From the IMG/VR virus record IMGVR_UViG_3300035701_000014: a stretch of DNA of 64,000 bases; one strand, written 5' to 3'. Position numbers and translations under genes: made by a program. Position 1 is the stretch's first letter, and the number at the start of each line of letters is the position of its first letter. A model generated the notes under the pieces. It saw nothing but the letters and a program-made list of their open reading frames with translations, was not told the DNA's origin and searched no databases. This stretch comes from a virus. Its lineage: Duplodnaviria > Heunggongvirae > Uroviricota > Caudoviricetes. This document shows positions 46,838-53,670 of the stretch, one piece after another.

Positions 46838-47478
46838 AACTTGTTTAACCTTGATTTTTTATCCTCGCTTATCTTCTTCAGGTTTTCCTCCTTTGGTAAC
46901 CACCTATGATTCTCAGGTGCGAATGCGAGCTTCACCTGTTCTAGGTCTGTCAGGTCGAATGAACACAATGCTTTGATGTGGTCAACTACATACTCCCCTT
47001 CAGGTTTCTTGCCTAGGTGCTGAATAATTGCGTTATAATCAATTCCATACTCATCTACATGAAGCTTTTTTCCCTCACCATACTGTTTGAGAGCCACATT
47101 CAATCGTTTACGCAATCGGTTACAAATAACAAAACTTTCATCAGTCTTACTCTTTATAAAGCGATATGCTCTCTTCTGTGCTTTGACCTCGGGTAGTCGA
47201 CGATATTCTACTATCCATTCCTTATATTCTGGTGTCTGCTGATATATCTTTTTTCTTACCTTCACTTCAAGTCTCTGTCCATACCCCACCATATACTCTC
47301 CTTTTTGCATTTTAACTTCGGATAATTGGTCATAAGCGTTTTTCTTTGCTTTTACTTTAGGGCGTTGGCGATATTCCTTCAGATATTTTTTTCTCTTAGG
47401 TAACTGGGTATAATGTCTACTGCATACACCTTTTGCAAGAATCTCTCTTCCACATCCTTCAACTGAGCAAATTTCCAT
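46828..47478 (-). CDS. HNH homing endonuclease (paralog) inserted in the tRNA array
   Basis: 216 aa; CSVEGCGREILAKGVCSRHY; HVDHIKALCSFDLTDLEQVKLAFAPENHRWLPKEENLKK. Confidence 0.65.
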   Translation of the reverse strand: MEICSVEGCGREILAKGVCSRHYTQLPKRKKYLKEYRQRPKVKAKKNAYDQLSEVKMQKGEYMVGYGQRLEVKVRKKIYQQTPEYKEWIVEYRRLPEVKAQKRAYRFIKSKTDESFVICNRLRKRLNVALKQYGEGKKLHVDEYGIDYNAIIQHLGKKPEGEYVVDHIKALCSFDLTDLEQVKLAFAPENHRWLPKEENLKKISEDKKSRLNKLPM

Positions 47479-47491
47479 ATTCTCACTTTAA

Positions 47492-47564
47492 GGCTGAGAG
47501 TCGGGACTTGCACCCAAACCAAAGGTGTCACAGACCTCTATGCTACTATTACACCACTCCAGCC
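47492..47564 (-). tRNA. tRNA-His(GTG) with genomically encoded G-1
   Basis: AC arm GAGGT-CTGTGAC-ACCTT; G-1 opposite discriminator C; T loop TGCAAGT. Confidence 0.6.
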
Positions 47565-47567
47565 ATA

Positions 47568-47640
47568 CGCCCCGAGTCAGAATCGAACTGACAACCAACG
47601 GGTTAACAGCCCGCTACTCTATCCGTTGAGCTATCGGGGC
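47568..47640 (-). tRNA. tRNA-Asn(GTT)
   Basis: GCCCCGA/TCGGGGC acceptor; AC loop CTGTTAA; T arm GTCAG-TTCGATT-CTGAC. Confidence 0.7.
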
Positions 47641-47717
47641 ATTCTATTTTTCAAATCCTAGGATTCCGCATTTCAATTCCTAGGGCAATGTTCACTATTT
47701 AGTGAACACCACTTTCA

Positions 47718-47788
47718 TGCTCCGAGAGAGAATCGAACTCCCATGTTCGGGTCTTCAGCCCGACGTTCTCCCATTGAACTATCAGAGC
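47718..47788 (-). tRNA. tRNA-Phe(GAA)
   Basis: AC arm TCGGG-CTGAAGA-CCCGA; T arm GGGAG-TTCGATT-CTCTC. Confidence 0.7.
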
Positions 47789-47791
47789 AAA

Positions 47792-47875
47792 CGCCGAGGG
47801 CAGGATTCGAACCCACATTGCCCTCATCGGACTTCAGTTTTCAGGACTGACACCCTACCATTAGGTGACCTCGGC
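47792..47875 (-). tRNA. tRNA-Ser(TGA)-like type-II tRNA (long variable arm), loop CCTGAAA (C33)
   Basis: GCCGAGG/CCTCGGC acceptor; AC arm TCAGT-CCTGAAA-ACTGA; variable-arm hairpin GTCC-GATGA-GGGC; T loop TTCGAAT. Confidence 0.5.
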
Positions 47876-47876
47876 A

Positions 47877-47948
47877 TGCTCCCAATCGGGTTCGAACCGA
47901 TGACCTTCAGCTTATCAGACTGTTGCTCTACCACTGAGCTATGGGAGC
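47877..47948 (-). tRNA. tRNA-Ile(GAT)
   Basis: GCTCCCA/TGGGAGC acceptor; AC loop CTGATAA; T arm ATCGG-TTCGAAC-CCGAT. Confidence 0.6.
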
Positions 47949-48137
47949 TCACAAATCCTTGACCATGTTTTTCATATATCCCTTACCATGCGTATATCCC
48001 TCATCATATCCTTTCTTCCAAGCGAGTGCCTTTTCGCAAGGGCATATCTTCCCATTCCATTTCCACATGCAGCCCTCGCACTGTGCCAGAGGAAAGAAAA
48101 ATTTACCCCGATTCTCTTCTTCCATCTCAATCACCAT
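47949..48137 (-). CDS. small Cys-rich protein between tRNAs (hypothetical)
   Basis: ORF track 62 aa; CEGC...C.C. Confidence 0.3.
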   Translation of the reverse strand: MVIEMEEENRGKFFFPLAQCEGCMWKWNGKICPCEKALAWKKGYDEGYTHGKGYMKNMVKDL

Positions 48138-48142
48138 TTAAG

Positions 48143-48265
48143 TGGAGGAGAGGGGATTCGAACCCCCGAGCCACTTAGGCAACTGGTTTCTCAATCAAGT
48201 AATTTGATTGCTTTAGGCTACTTAACGTCTAAGCCAGCCACATTACCTGATTCTGTCACTCCTCC
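48143..48265 (-). tRNA. tRNA-like element, unresolved (canonical T arm + 7-bp GGAGGAG/CTCCTCC acceptor but about 120 nt; intron-containing, aberrant or pseudo)
   Basis: GGGGG-TTCGAAT-CCCCT T arm and a perfect 7-bp acceptor pair; I could not fold the D/anticodon region by hand. Confidence 0.3.
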
Positions 48266-48269
48266 ATAA

Positions 48270-48342
48270 TGGGGTCGGAGAGATTCGGACTCTCATAGCC
48301 AACTCCCAAGGCTGACCGCCTCCCAGACTAGCTCACGACCCC
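48270..48342 (-). tRNA. tRNA-Pro(TGG)
   Basis: GGGGTCG/CGACCCC acceptor; AC arm TCAGC-CTTGGGA-GTTGG (G37); T arm GAGAG-TCCGAAT-CTCTC. Confidence 0.6.
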
Positions 48343-48347
48343 ATCAA

Positions 48348-48421
48348 CGGGGACGGAGGGATTTGAACCCTCACTCGCAAGTCCGTAGCTTGCTTTCCTA
48401 TCCAGTTAGATTTACGCCCCC
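48348..48421 (-). tRNA. tRNA-Arg(ACG)
   Basis: AC arm GCAAG-CTACGGA-CTTGC; T arm GAGGG-TTCAAAT-CCCTC. Confidence 0.65.
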
Positions 48422-48591
48422 TTCACTCTTTTCTGAAAGACAATATTCCCATTATCCTCAAGCACTCCGTCATAGCCGAGGTCATCAAATGCCTTCCTTA
48501 TCTTCTCCAGCTCGGTCAAGGGAAACTCTCCCTCAAACACTGTCAGCTTCACGTTCCCCTGCATTATCTTTTTTTCTTCTTCACTTGCCAT
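48412..48591 (-). CDS. small hypothetical protein between tRNAs (track ORF 48412..48687 trimmed to the internal Met to avoid tRNA-Asp)
   Basis: MASEEEKKIMQGNVKLTVFEGEF...; overlaps the tRNA-Arg 5' end by about 10 nt. Confidence 0.25.
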   Translation of the reverse strand: MASEEEKKIMQGNVKLTVFEGEFPLTELEKIRKAFDDLGYDGVLEDNGNIVFQKRVKGA

Positions 48592-48603
48592 ATTATCCCT
48601 CAA

Positions 48604-48676
48604 CGCCTCAGCCGAGATTTGAACTCGGAACTCCAGCTTGACAAGCTGGGATGTTTGCCAATTACAACACCGAGGC
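48604..48676 (-). tRNA. tRNA-Asp(GTC)
   Basis: AC arm CCAGC-TTGTCAA-GCTGG; T arm CCGAG-TTCAAAT-CTCGG. Confidence 0.7.
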
Positions 48677-48679
48677 AAT

Positions 48680-48752
48680 TGCTCCAACAGAGACTTGCAC
48701 TCTGGTCACGAGGCTGAGAACCTCGCATCCTTGGCTACTAGACGATTGGAGC
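48680..48752 (-). tRNA. tRNA-Glu(CTC)
   Basis: GCTCCAA/TTGGAGC; D arm GTCTAGTAGCCAAGGAT; AC arm CGAGG-TTCTCAG-CCTCG; T loop TGCAAGT. Confidence 0.65.
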
Positions 48753-48784
48753 AGTTCTTTGTTAAACATGTTAAACCCGTTAAA

Positions 48785-48859
48785 TGTTCCCGACGAGATT
48801 TGAACTCGTGCCTTCAGGGTGAAAGCCTGACATCCTTAGCCGTGCTAGACGACGGGAAC
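48785..48859 (-). tRNA. tRNA-Glu(TTC)
   Basis: GTTCCCG/CGGGAAC; AC arm TCAGG-CTTTCAC-CCTGA; T arm ACGAG-TTCAAAT-CTCGT. Confidence 0.7.
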
Positions 48860-49056
48860 TTCTCTTTGATTTTCGGAGGTGGGAAGTGAAGTATATCTGC
48901 ATCTATCCGCACATGACCTCGTTCTTCCTTCAGGTCATTCCAAATGCAGAGGTGCAGATGCGGATACTTCTTCTGTATCTCCTCAATCTCTGCTATGAAT
49001 TTATCCAGTTCCGAATAATCAAATTTCTTTTCTTCCATACTATCACCTACAACCAC
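48814..49056 (-). CDS. small hypothetical protein
   Basis: ORF track 80 aa; overlaps tRNA-Glu(TTC), so doubtful. Confidence 0.2.
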   Translation of the reverse strand: MVVGDSMEEKKFDYSELDKFIAEIEEIQKKYPHLHLCIWNDLKEERGHVRIDADILHFPPPKIKEKFPSSSTAKDVRLSP

Positions 49057-49292
49057 TTCTCAATCGATTCAGGAGTCACAAGCTCCACGTCGGTTATCAG
49101 TATGCAACTGCGATTCAGCTCAGGTCGGTATCCTATCTCCTTGGTGACCATGAGCAGCTCGTCGTGTGCCTTGTTTATTTTATCCTTTAGCTCGTCACTA
49201 CAACGGACATCAGGATTCATTCTAAGCAACTCCTGCACATCCTCAGACATATCGATGTCAATAATTTTTTTCACGTTTCCCATGTTCCTCAC
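49047..49292 (-). CDS. small hypothetical protein
   Basis: ORF track 81 aa, acidic. Confidence 0.3.
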   Translation of the reverse strand: MRNMGNVKKIIDIDMSEDVQELLRMNPDVRCSDELKDKINKAHDELLMVTKEIGYRPELNRSCILITDVELVTPESIEKWL

Positions 49293-49296
49293 CTCA

Positions 49297-49370
49297 TGAG
49301 CCTGATGGGATTTTAACCCATGACCTTCTGGTTAAAAGCCAGTCGCTCTGACAAACTGAGCTACAGGCTC
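49297..49370 (-). tRNA. tRNA-Lys(TTT)
   Basis: GAGCCTG/CAGGCTC; AC loop CTTTTAA; T loop TTAAAAT. Confidence 0.65.
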
Positions 49371-49374
49371 ACCA

Positions 49375-49448
49375 CGAACCCGACGGGATTCCAACCCATG
49401 ACCTGTCGGTTAAGAGCCGACTGCTCTAGCAAACTGAGCTACGGGTTC
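49375..49448 (-). tRNA. tRNA-Lys(CTT)
   Basis: GAACCCG/CGGGTTC; AC arm GTCGG-CTCTTAA-CCGAC. Confidence 0.7.
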
Positions 49449-49451
49449 ACA

Positions 49452-49522
49452 TACGGCTAGAGGGATTTGCACCCTCGTCGAGAACTTGGAGGGCTCTCAT
49501 CCTGCTACTAGACGATAGCCGT
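49452..49522 (-). tRNA. tRNA-Gly(TCC), loop CCTCCAA (C33)
   Basis: ACGGCTA/TAGCCGT; AC arm AGAGC-CCTCCAA-GTTCT; T arm GAGGG-TGCAAAT-CCCTC. Confidence 0.55.
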
Positions 49523-49525
49523 GCA

Positions 49526-49597
49526 TGGGGGCGAGGAGATTTGAACTCCCACAAGCAGCTCTGGGGGCTGCCTTCCTGCCAGTTAGATAACGTCCCC
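49526..49597 (-). tRNA. tRNA-Trp(CCA), loop CCCCAGA (C33)
   Basis: AC arm GCAGC-CCCCAGA-GCTGC; T arm GGGAG-TTCAAAT-CTCCT; one A.C mismatch in the acceptor. Confidence 0.5.
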
Positions 49598-49598
49598 A

Positions 49599-49670
49599 TA
49601 GCCACAGCAGGAATCGAACCTGCACCGTTGCTTTGTAAGAGCAACATCCTACCGTTAGAATCATGTGGCT
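49599..49670 (-). tRNA. tRNA-Val(TAC)
   Basis: AGCCACA/TGTGGCT; AC arm TTGCT-CTTACAA-AGCAA; T arm GCAGG-TTCGATT-CCTGC. Confidence 0.7.
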
Positions 49671-49676
49671 GCAGTA

Positions 49677-49777
49677 TAGCCCTAGGAGGACTTGCACCTC
49701 CGTCTCTGGATTTCCCCAGCCAAGTTCAGAATCTGGTCTTCAAAGTCCAGCATCCTTGGCTACTAGACCATAGAGCT
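49677..49777 (-). tRNA. tRNA-Gln(TTG) with about 28-nt intron at canonical 37/38 (archaeal-type)
   Basis: AGCTCTA/TAGGGCT acceptor (one G-U); AC 5' stem CTGGA + CTTTGA, intron at about 49711-49738, then A-TCCAG; T arm GGAGG-TGCAAGT-CCTCC. Confidence 0.55.
49711..49738 (-). other. putative tRNA-Gln intron (bulge-helix-bulge-type, 37/38 position)
   Basis: AGACCAGATTCTGAACTTGGCTGGGGAA interrupts the anticodon loop; the 3' anticodon stem TCCAG follows. Confidence 0.45.
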
Positions 49778-49781
49778 ACCT

Positions 49782-49855
49782 TAGCCAGAACCAGATTTGA
49801 ACTGGTGTTCTCGGGTTATGAGCCCGATGCCCTGACCATGCTAGACCATCTGGCT
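49782..49855 (-). tRNA. tRNA-Met(CAT) (elongator or initiator undetermined)
   Basis: AGCCAGA/TCTGGCT; AC arm TCGGG-CTCATAA-CCCGA; T arm ACCAG-TTCAAAT-CTGGT. Confidence 0.65.
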
Positions 49856-49856
49856 A

Positions 49857-49927
49857 TACGGTTGCTGGGAGTCGAACCCAGCCCGCAAGCATGGCAAGCT
49901 CGCATCATACCGCTAGACTACAACCGT
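49857..49927 (-). tRNA. tRNA-Gly(GCC)
   Basis: ACGGTTG/CAACCGT; AC arm CGAGC-TTGCCAT-GCTTG; T arm CTGGG-TTCGACT-CCCAG. Confidence 0.65.
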
Positions 49928-49933
49928 ATTGCA

Positions 49934-50034
49934 TGGAGCTGCAGGGACTCGAACCCCGAGCCTCCTGCTTTTTTGGTCGTTGAGTATCTCAACAATCTGC
50001 AAAGCAGACGTTCTACCAATTGAACTACAGCCCC
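49934..50034 (-). tRNA. tRNA-Ala(TGC) with about 28-nt intron at 37/38; G3:U70 identity pair present
   Basis: GGGGCTG/CAGCTCC acceptor with G3-U70; AC TCTGC-TTTGCA-[intron about 49970-49997]-A-GCAGG; T arm CGGGG-TTCGAGT-CCCTG. Confidence 0.6.
49970..49997 (-). other. putative tRNA-Ala intron containing hairpin GTTGAG-ATA-CTCAAC
   Basis: GATTGTTGAGATACTCAACGACCAAAAA between anticodon-loop positions 37 and 38. Confidence 0.45.
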
Positions 50035-50044
50035 TTCCAATGAA

Positions 50045-50115
50045 TCTGGGCTGGAGGAGTTGAACCACCACTTACGGGTTTACAGCCCGTCGTGATACCA
50101 TTTCACCAAGCCCAG
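50045..50115 (-). tRNA. tRNA-Tyr(GTA), type I (short variable arm, archaeal/eukaryal style)
   Basis: CTGGGCT/AGCCCAG; D GTGA-AATGGTA-TCAC; AC arm ACGGG-CTGTAAA-CCCGT. Confidence 0.65.
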
Positions 50116-50399
50116 AACAAAGATGATAGCAGAAAAGAGATTTCTTAACAACCTTGTTCTTTCGACAACATGCTTGGATAATTATCTCCCGTGATAAAAC
50201 TAGCTCTCGGCTGCCACGCCTTTACTGTGACTAAATGCGGGAGTTTCATATACCTTACCTTGCTGCTTTCATTATATATAAACCTTTCGTTTCTCCGAGT
50301 CTAGAGAGCACAAGCAATCCAATCCCACGTGCACTTAGAGATTGTTTTTATATAACGGGATGTTAATCCCATTACTCTCTCCAGATTGCTTATGCTTTT

Positions 50400-50459
50400 C
50401 TCCGAAGGCAATAATTTCGTTACATACCTTTATATACGACCTTCTATATAACCTTTCGC
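50400..50459 (+). promoter_or_regulatory. archaeal-type promoter (TATA boxes TTTATATAC / TCTATATAA) about 20-25 nt upstream of the recombinase ATG; likely leaderless transcript
   Basis: cctttatatacgaccttctatataacctttcgcATG. Confidence 0.45.
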
Positions 50460-51101
50460 ATGAAGGTCGCCTTGTATGCACGTGTCTCAACTACCGACAA
50501 GGGACAGAACCCAGAAATCCAACTGCAGCCCATGCGGGAGCGTGCAAAGAGTGAAAACTGGGAAATCTACAAGGAATATATAGACCGTGAGACAGGAACT
50601 GATTTTGAAAGAAAATATTGGGAGCAGCTCATGGAGGATGCAAAACACCATAAGTTCGATGCCGTCTATTTCTGGAGTCTCGACAGGTTCAGCAGGGTCG
50701 GAGTGTTCGAGTCAATCGAAATCCTCAACAGGATTCGCTCCTATGGAATCCGTTACATCTCCCATCAGGAATGGTTTCTCAATACAATGGGAAGCTTCGG
50801 GGATGTGCTCGTAGCTCTCTTCCTCTGGATGGCTCAGCAGGAAAGCAAGCGTCATGGGGAGAGAGTCTTGGCTGGCATGAACCCAATACTCGAAAGCCAC
50901 AAGCGTCTTGGAGTTTGGAAAACCAAATCAGGCAAACCAATTGGAAGACCGCAACTGAAACTAGATGCAGTTATCCTTGCCAAGATAAAGAAGCTCCACT
51001 TGGAAGGTGCGAGCCTGCGTGAAATCAGATACAGGCTGCTGAAAGAAGATGGAGTCAAGGTTTCTCACTCCAAGCTGGGAAAGATTTTCAAAAGCCATTA
51101 A
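50460..51101 (+). CDS. serine recombinase (resolvase/invertase family)
   Basis: 213 aa; MKVALYARVSTTDKGQNPEIQ catalytic-Ser motif; ..RFSR..; C-terminal HTH. Confidence 0.75.
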   Translation: MKVALYARVSTTDKGQNPEIQLQPMRERAKSENWEIYKEYIDRETGTDFERKYWEQLMEDAKHHKFDAVYFWSLDRFSRVGVFESIEILNRIRSYGIRYISHQEWFLNTMGSFGDVLVALFLWMAQQESKRHGERVLAGMNPILESHKRLGVWKTKSGKPIGRPQLKLDAVILAKIKKLHLEGASLREIRYRLLKEDGVKVSHSKLGKIFKSH

Positions 51102-51260
51102 GGGTATATTAAATTTTTAGTCGCCAAAACACCCCTCGGGAGCTCCGTCGGAAGAAAATGCCAAAAATGGCTGTCCATCAAAGAAGTCCTTGATTTACAT
51201 GAATTACCGACGTGAAGTGGAAACCCACCCCAAGCGAAGGCACTCGGGGAGCTTTGACCC

Positions 51261-51803
51261 TCATCGAGGGAGGACATCTGTGCTGTTGCAGAAGCAGGCA
51301 CAATTGTGGAAAGTCTGGTTTAACGTCGTAGTGTTGGTAACATTAATCACGACGGCATACATCATCCGCATCGTCCTGTTGTAGAGAGACTCATTCATCA
51401 GCTCCTTGAACCAGTCTGGGGTATACGACGGCGTAGCCATTTCCATTGCTTTCTTCATTTCTTCGTCGTAATTGAAGCAGACAGTTCTGGTATGCGTCGA
51501 GGTGATGAATCTAGTCCCATTCTGGGGTTGCTGTTGGCATAAGTCATCTACGGCGAGGAAATACGAGCTCCTCCAGAACGCAGCGTCGTTATACCACCTG
51601 ACAAGATACAGCCCCGTAGCCATCATCACGAAGAGGAGGATGGCGAATAGACCCCTCCAGTAATCCATGAACTTGTTTATCCTTCCTGCGACGGGTATGC
51701 GGTCTATTCCCTTGCTGACAGCCTGTGCGGTCATCATTTCTTCACGCAAAGTATGCCTCTCAAGCCACTTACCCATGTCATTTATACGGTCTAGCAGGGA
51801 CAT
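51261..51803 (-). CDS. membrane protein (hypothetical)
   Basis: ORF track 180 aa; TM segment; N-x-T sequons. Confidence 0.4.
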   Translation of the reverse strand: MSLLDRINDMGKWLERHTLREEMMTAQAVSKGIDRIPVAGRINKFMDYWRGLFAILLFVMMATGLYLVRWYNDAAFWRSSYFLAVDDLCQQQPQNGTRFITSTHTRTVCFNYDEEMKKAMEMATPSYTPDWFKELMNESLYNRTMRMMYAVVINVTNTTTLNQTFHNCACFCNSTDVLPR

Positions 51804-51880
51804 CTTGCCACCTAATATACTATTTTAGTTACATCTATCACAAAGTAAGTAAGTAAACACACTGGTGATATATATATTTT

Positions 51881-52777
51881 TTATTTATTTTGCTGGGTGT
51901 TTTCCTCTTTTAGTTTCAGATATTTTCTCATTGCAACATTTCTGACTAACATCGCTGTAGGGTATCCACATCCGAACTCTGCCATGATGTCTGGTATCTT
52001 CAATCGCAGCTTACCATCCACTTCCTTGATGATATTCTTGGCTATCACTGCATCCACTAGCTGATTCACTGCAACCTGCTTGTCCTGCTGTGCTGCGTTC
52101 ATCTCCGCTATATCCGTCCTCACCTCTTCCTTCAGCCTTCTTGAGAAGCTCTTTTTTATCTGTTCATACTCCTCGCAGAACCTTGGAGGCGGTTTGGGAA
52201 TCCTGAGTTCTTTCACTTTTATATTTTGCCCCCTGTAATTCACATTCGGGAATTTGAAATAAGTCTTGCTGAACCTCGGGGAATATTCCACATTCATCGG
52301 CTTGACCACAACATACTCCTCGGAATACATTATCCTGACAGTTTCAAAGTAATGATGGAAAAGCCTGCGGGTCTGCGAGTCTATGAAGTCGAATGACGGC
52401 GTTGTGAATATCACGCAGATGTTGTAGTTCCTGAATGTCTGCAGCAGGAAGTTGATTGCCTTGTTACTCACCGTCCACCATAGCCTCGAGGGAATCCCGA
52501 CCCCCGCCTCGTCCCAGACAACGACGCTTCCCTTCGGAGGTTTTCCTGCATCTATGTCTATCATCTCGATGAAGTCTTCGGCTCTGAAGACGACTCGCTC
52601 CTTGACAGTAAAATCAGAATCAATCCTTCTGGCGAGCTCCAAGGCAGAATAAGACTTTCCAGAATTGTGCGTTATAATCCCATTCTTCAAGATAAAATTA
52701 TGGAAGTCTGGAACTATCAAATCTGCCGTTTCTTCTTCCTTTTGTGGCTCTATGCTGATAACTCTCTCGAAATGCAT
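51881..52777 (-). CDS. split-intein C-fragment (IntC, about 38 aa) fused to the C-extein of a P-loop NTPase (putative genome-packaging ATPase)
   Basis: 298 aa; N-terminal ..DLIVPDFHNFILKNGIITHN|SGKSY.. resembles DnaE-type IntC ending HN + Ser(+1); Walker B VVVWDEAG. Confidence 0.65.
   Translation of the reverse strand: MHFERVISIEPQKEEETADLIVPDFHNFILKNGIITHNSGKSYSALELARRIDSDFTVKERVVFRAEDFIEMIDIDAGKPPKGSVVVWDEAGVGIPSRLWWTVSNKAINFLLQTFRNYNICVIFTTPSFDFIDSQTRRLFHHYFETVRIMYSEEYVVVKPMNVEYSPRFSKTYFKFPNVNYRGQNIKVKELRIPKPPPRFCEEYEQIKKSFSRRLKEEVRTDIAEMNAAQQDKQVAVNQLVDAVIAKNIIKEVDGKLRLKIPDIMAEFGCGYPTAMLVRNVAMRKYLKLKEENTQQNK
52664..52777 (-). other. IntC split-intein segment
   Basis: 38 codons before the +1 Ser; block-G-like HN. 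Confidence 0.6.
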
Positions 52778-53670
52778 TCTTTCAACCTCTCATCATTTTT
52801 GATTATGTCTTCAGTCAAATGAATAATCTGAATTCCAAGTCCAACAAACTGCCTATCTCTTTCTGCTTCCATCTTCACGTCGGAATGCCATTTTTTTCCA
52901 TCTGCTTCAAAAATAGTTTTTAGAAGTGGAAAATAGAAATCTGGAAATTTGAAACCACCATTTGTAGCTAGATAATAGTTATATACAAAATCATAATCAT
53001 CAAAGCAATCTTCTATAGAATCCTTTTCAGAACATCCAAAAGTAAACAAAGCCCCTTTTACCTTGTTCTCCAACTTCGTAATATGATTTCTACGAAGGAT
53101 AAAATTTGGATGTTTTTCAGGATGTTCCAAGAATAGCTTCTTCATATCATCGCTTTTTTTATTTCTTACCTCTAGCCTCTTTGATGGATTATCTATCCTA
53201 TTCCTCATACTCACATATTCCAATCGTTTGCCATAATTCGGACTCTTATGGGTCTCGAAATACTCCAATTGAGATTTTTGCATTTTTTCTTTGGTTTTTT
53301 GATTCTTCATAGGATTGTCAATCAAATTCCTATATATGCGGGCACAGCTCTTTGAACAGAATCTTCTTTCTTGATTGTGCGTTTCAAACACATTCTTACA
53401 CTGTTGGCAAGTTATTTTTATTAATCCTTCCCCTTTGTTATACGGGGTAAGTTTCCCTTCTCTATATAACCTCCTACGGGCTTCGGAAATATTTTGTTTG
53501 CGTTCTATAGTGAATTTTTTGCCCAATTGAGATTTACCTATCTTTCTTCTCGTTTTTTCAGAATGATGTCGCCCATACATAATTTTGTTGAACCCCTGAT
53601 TATAAGTCTGGCATCTATGCGAACAATACTTCAAATTTGAAGTTTCATTTCCGCACTCTATACAATACAT
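52750..53670 (-). CDS. free-standing homing-endonuclease-like protein between the split-intein halves (zinc ribbon + basic repeats + nuclease-like C-terminus)
   Basis: 306 aa; MYCIECGNE..CSHRC; repeated K/R-rich modules; role inferred from its position within the fractured gene. Confidence 0.4.
   Translation of the reverse strand: MYCIECGNETSNLKYCSHRCQTYNQGFNKIMYGRHHSEKTRRKIGKSQLGKKFTIERKQNISEARRRLYREGKLTPYNKGEGLIKITCQQCKNVFETHNQERRFCSKSCARIYRNLIDNPMKNQKTKEKMQKSQLEYFETHKSPNYGKRLEYVSMRNRIDNPSKRLEVRNKKSDDMKKLFLEHPEKHPNFILRRNHITKLENKVKGALFTFGCSEKDSIEDCFDDYDFVYNYYLATNGGFKFPDFYFPLLKTIFEADGKKWHSDVKMEAERDRQFVGLGIQIIHLTEDIIKNDERLKECISRELSA

Noticed and set aside
47702-50023. Plus-strand track ORFs 47702..47962, 47941..48141, 47988..48269, 48363..48641, 48638..48889, 48886..49299 and 49541..50023
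   Set aside because: They run antisense through the minus-strand tRNA genes and have no coding signatures.
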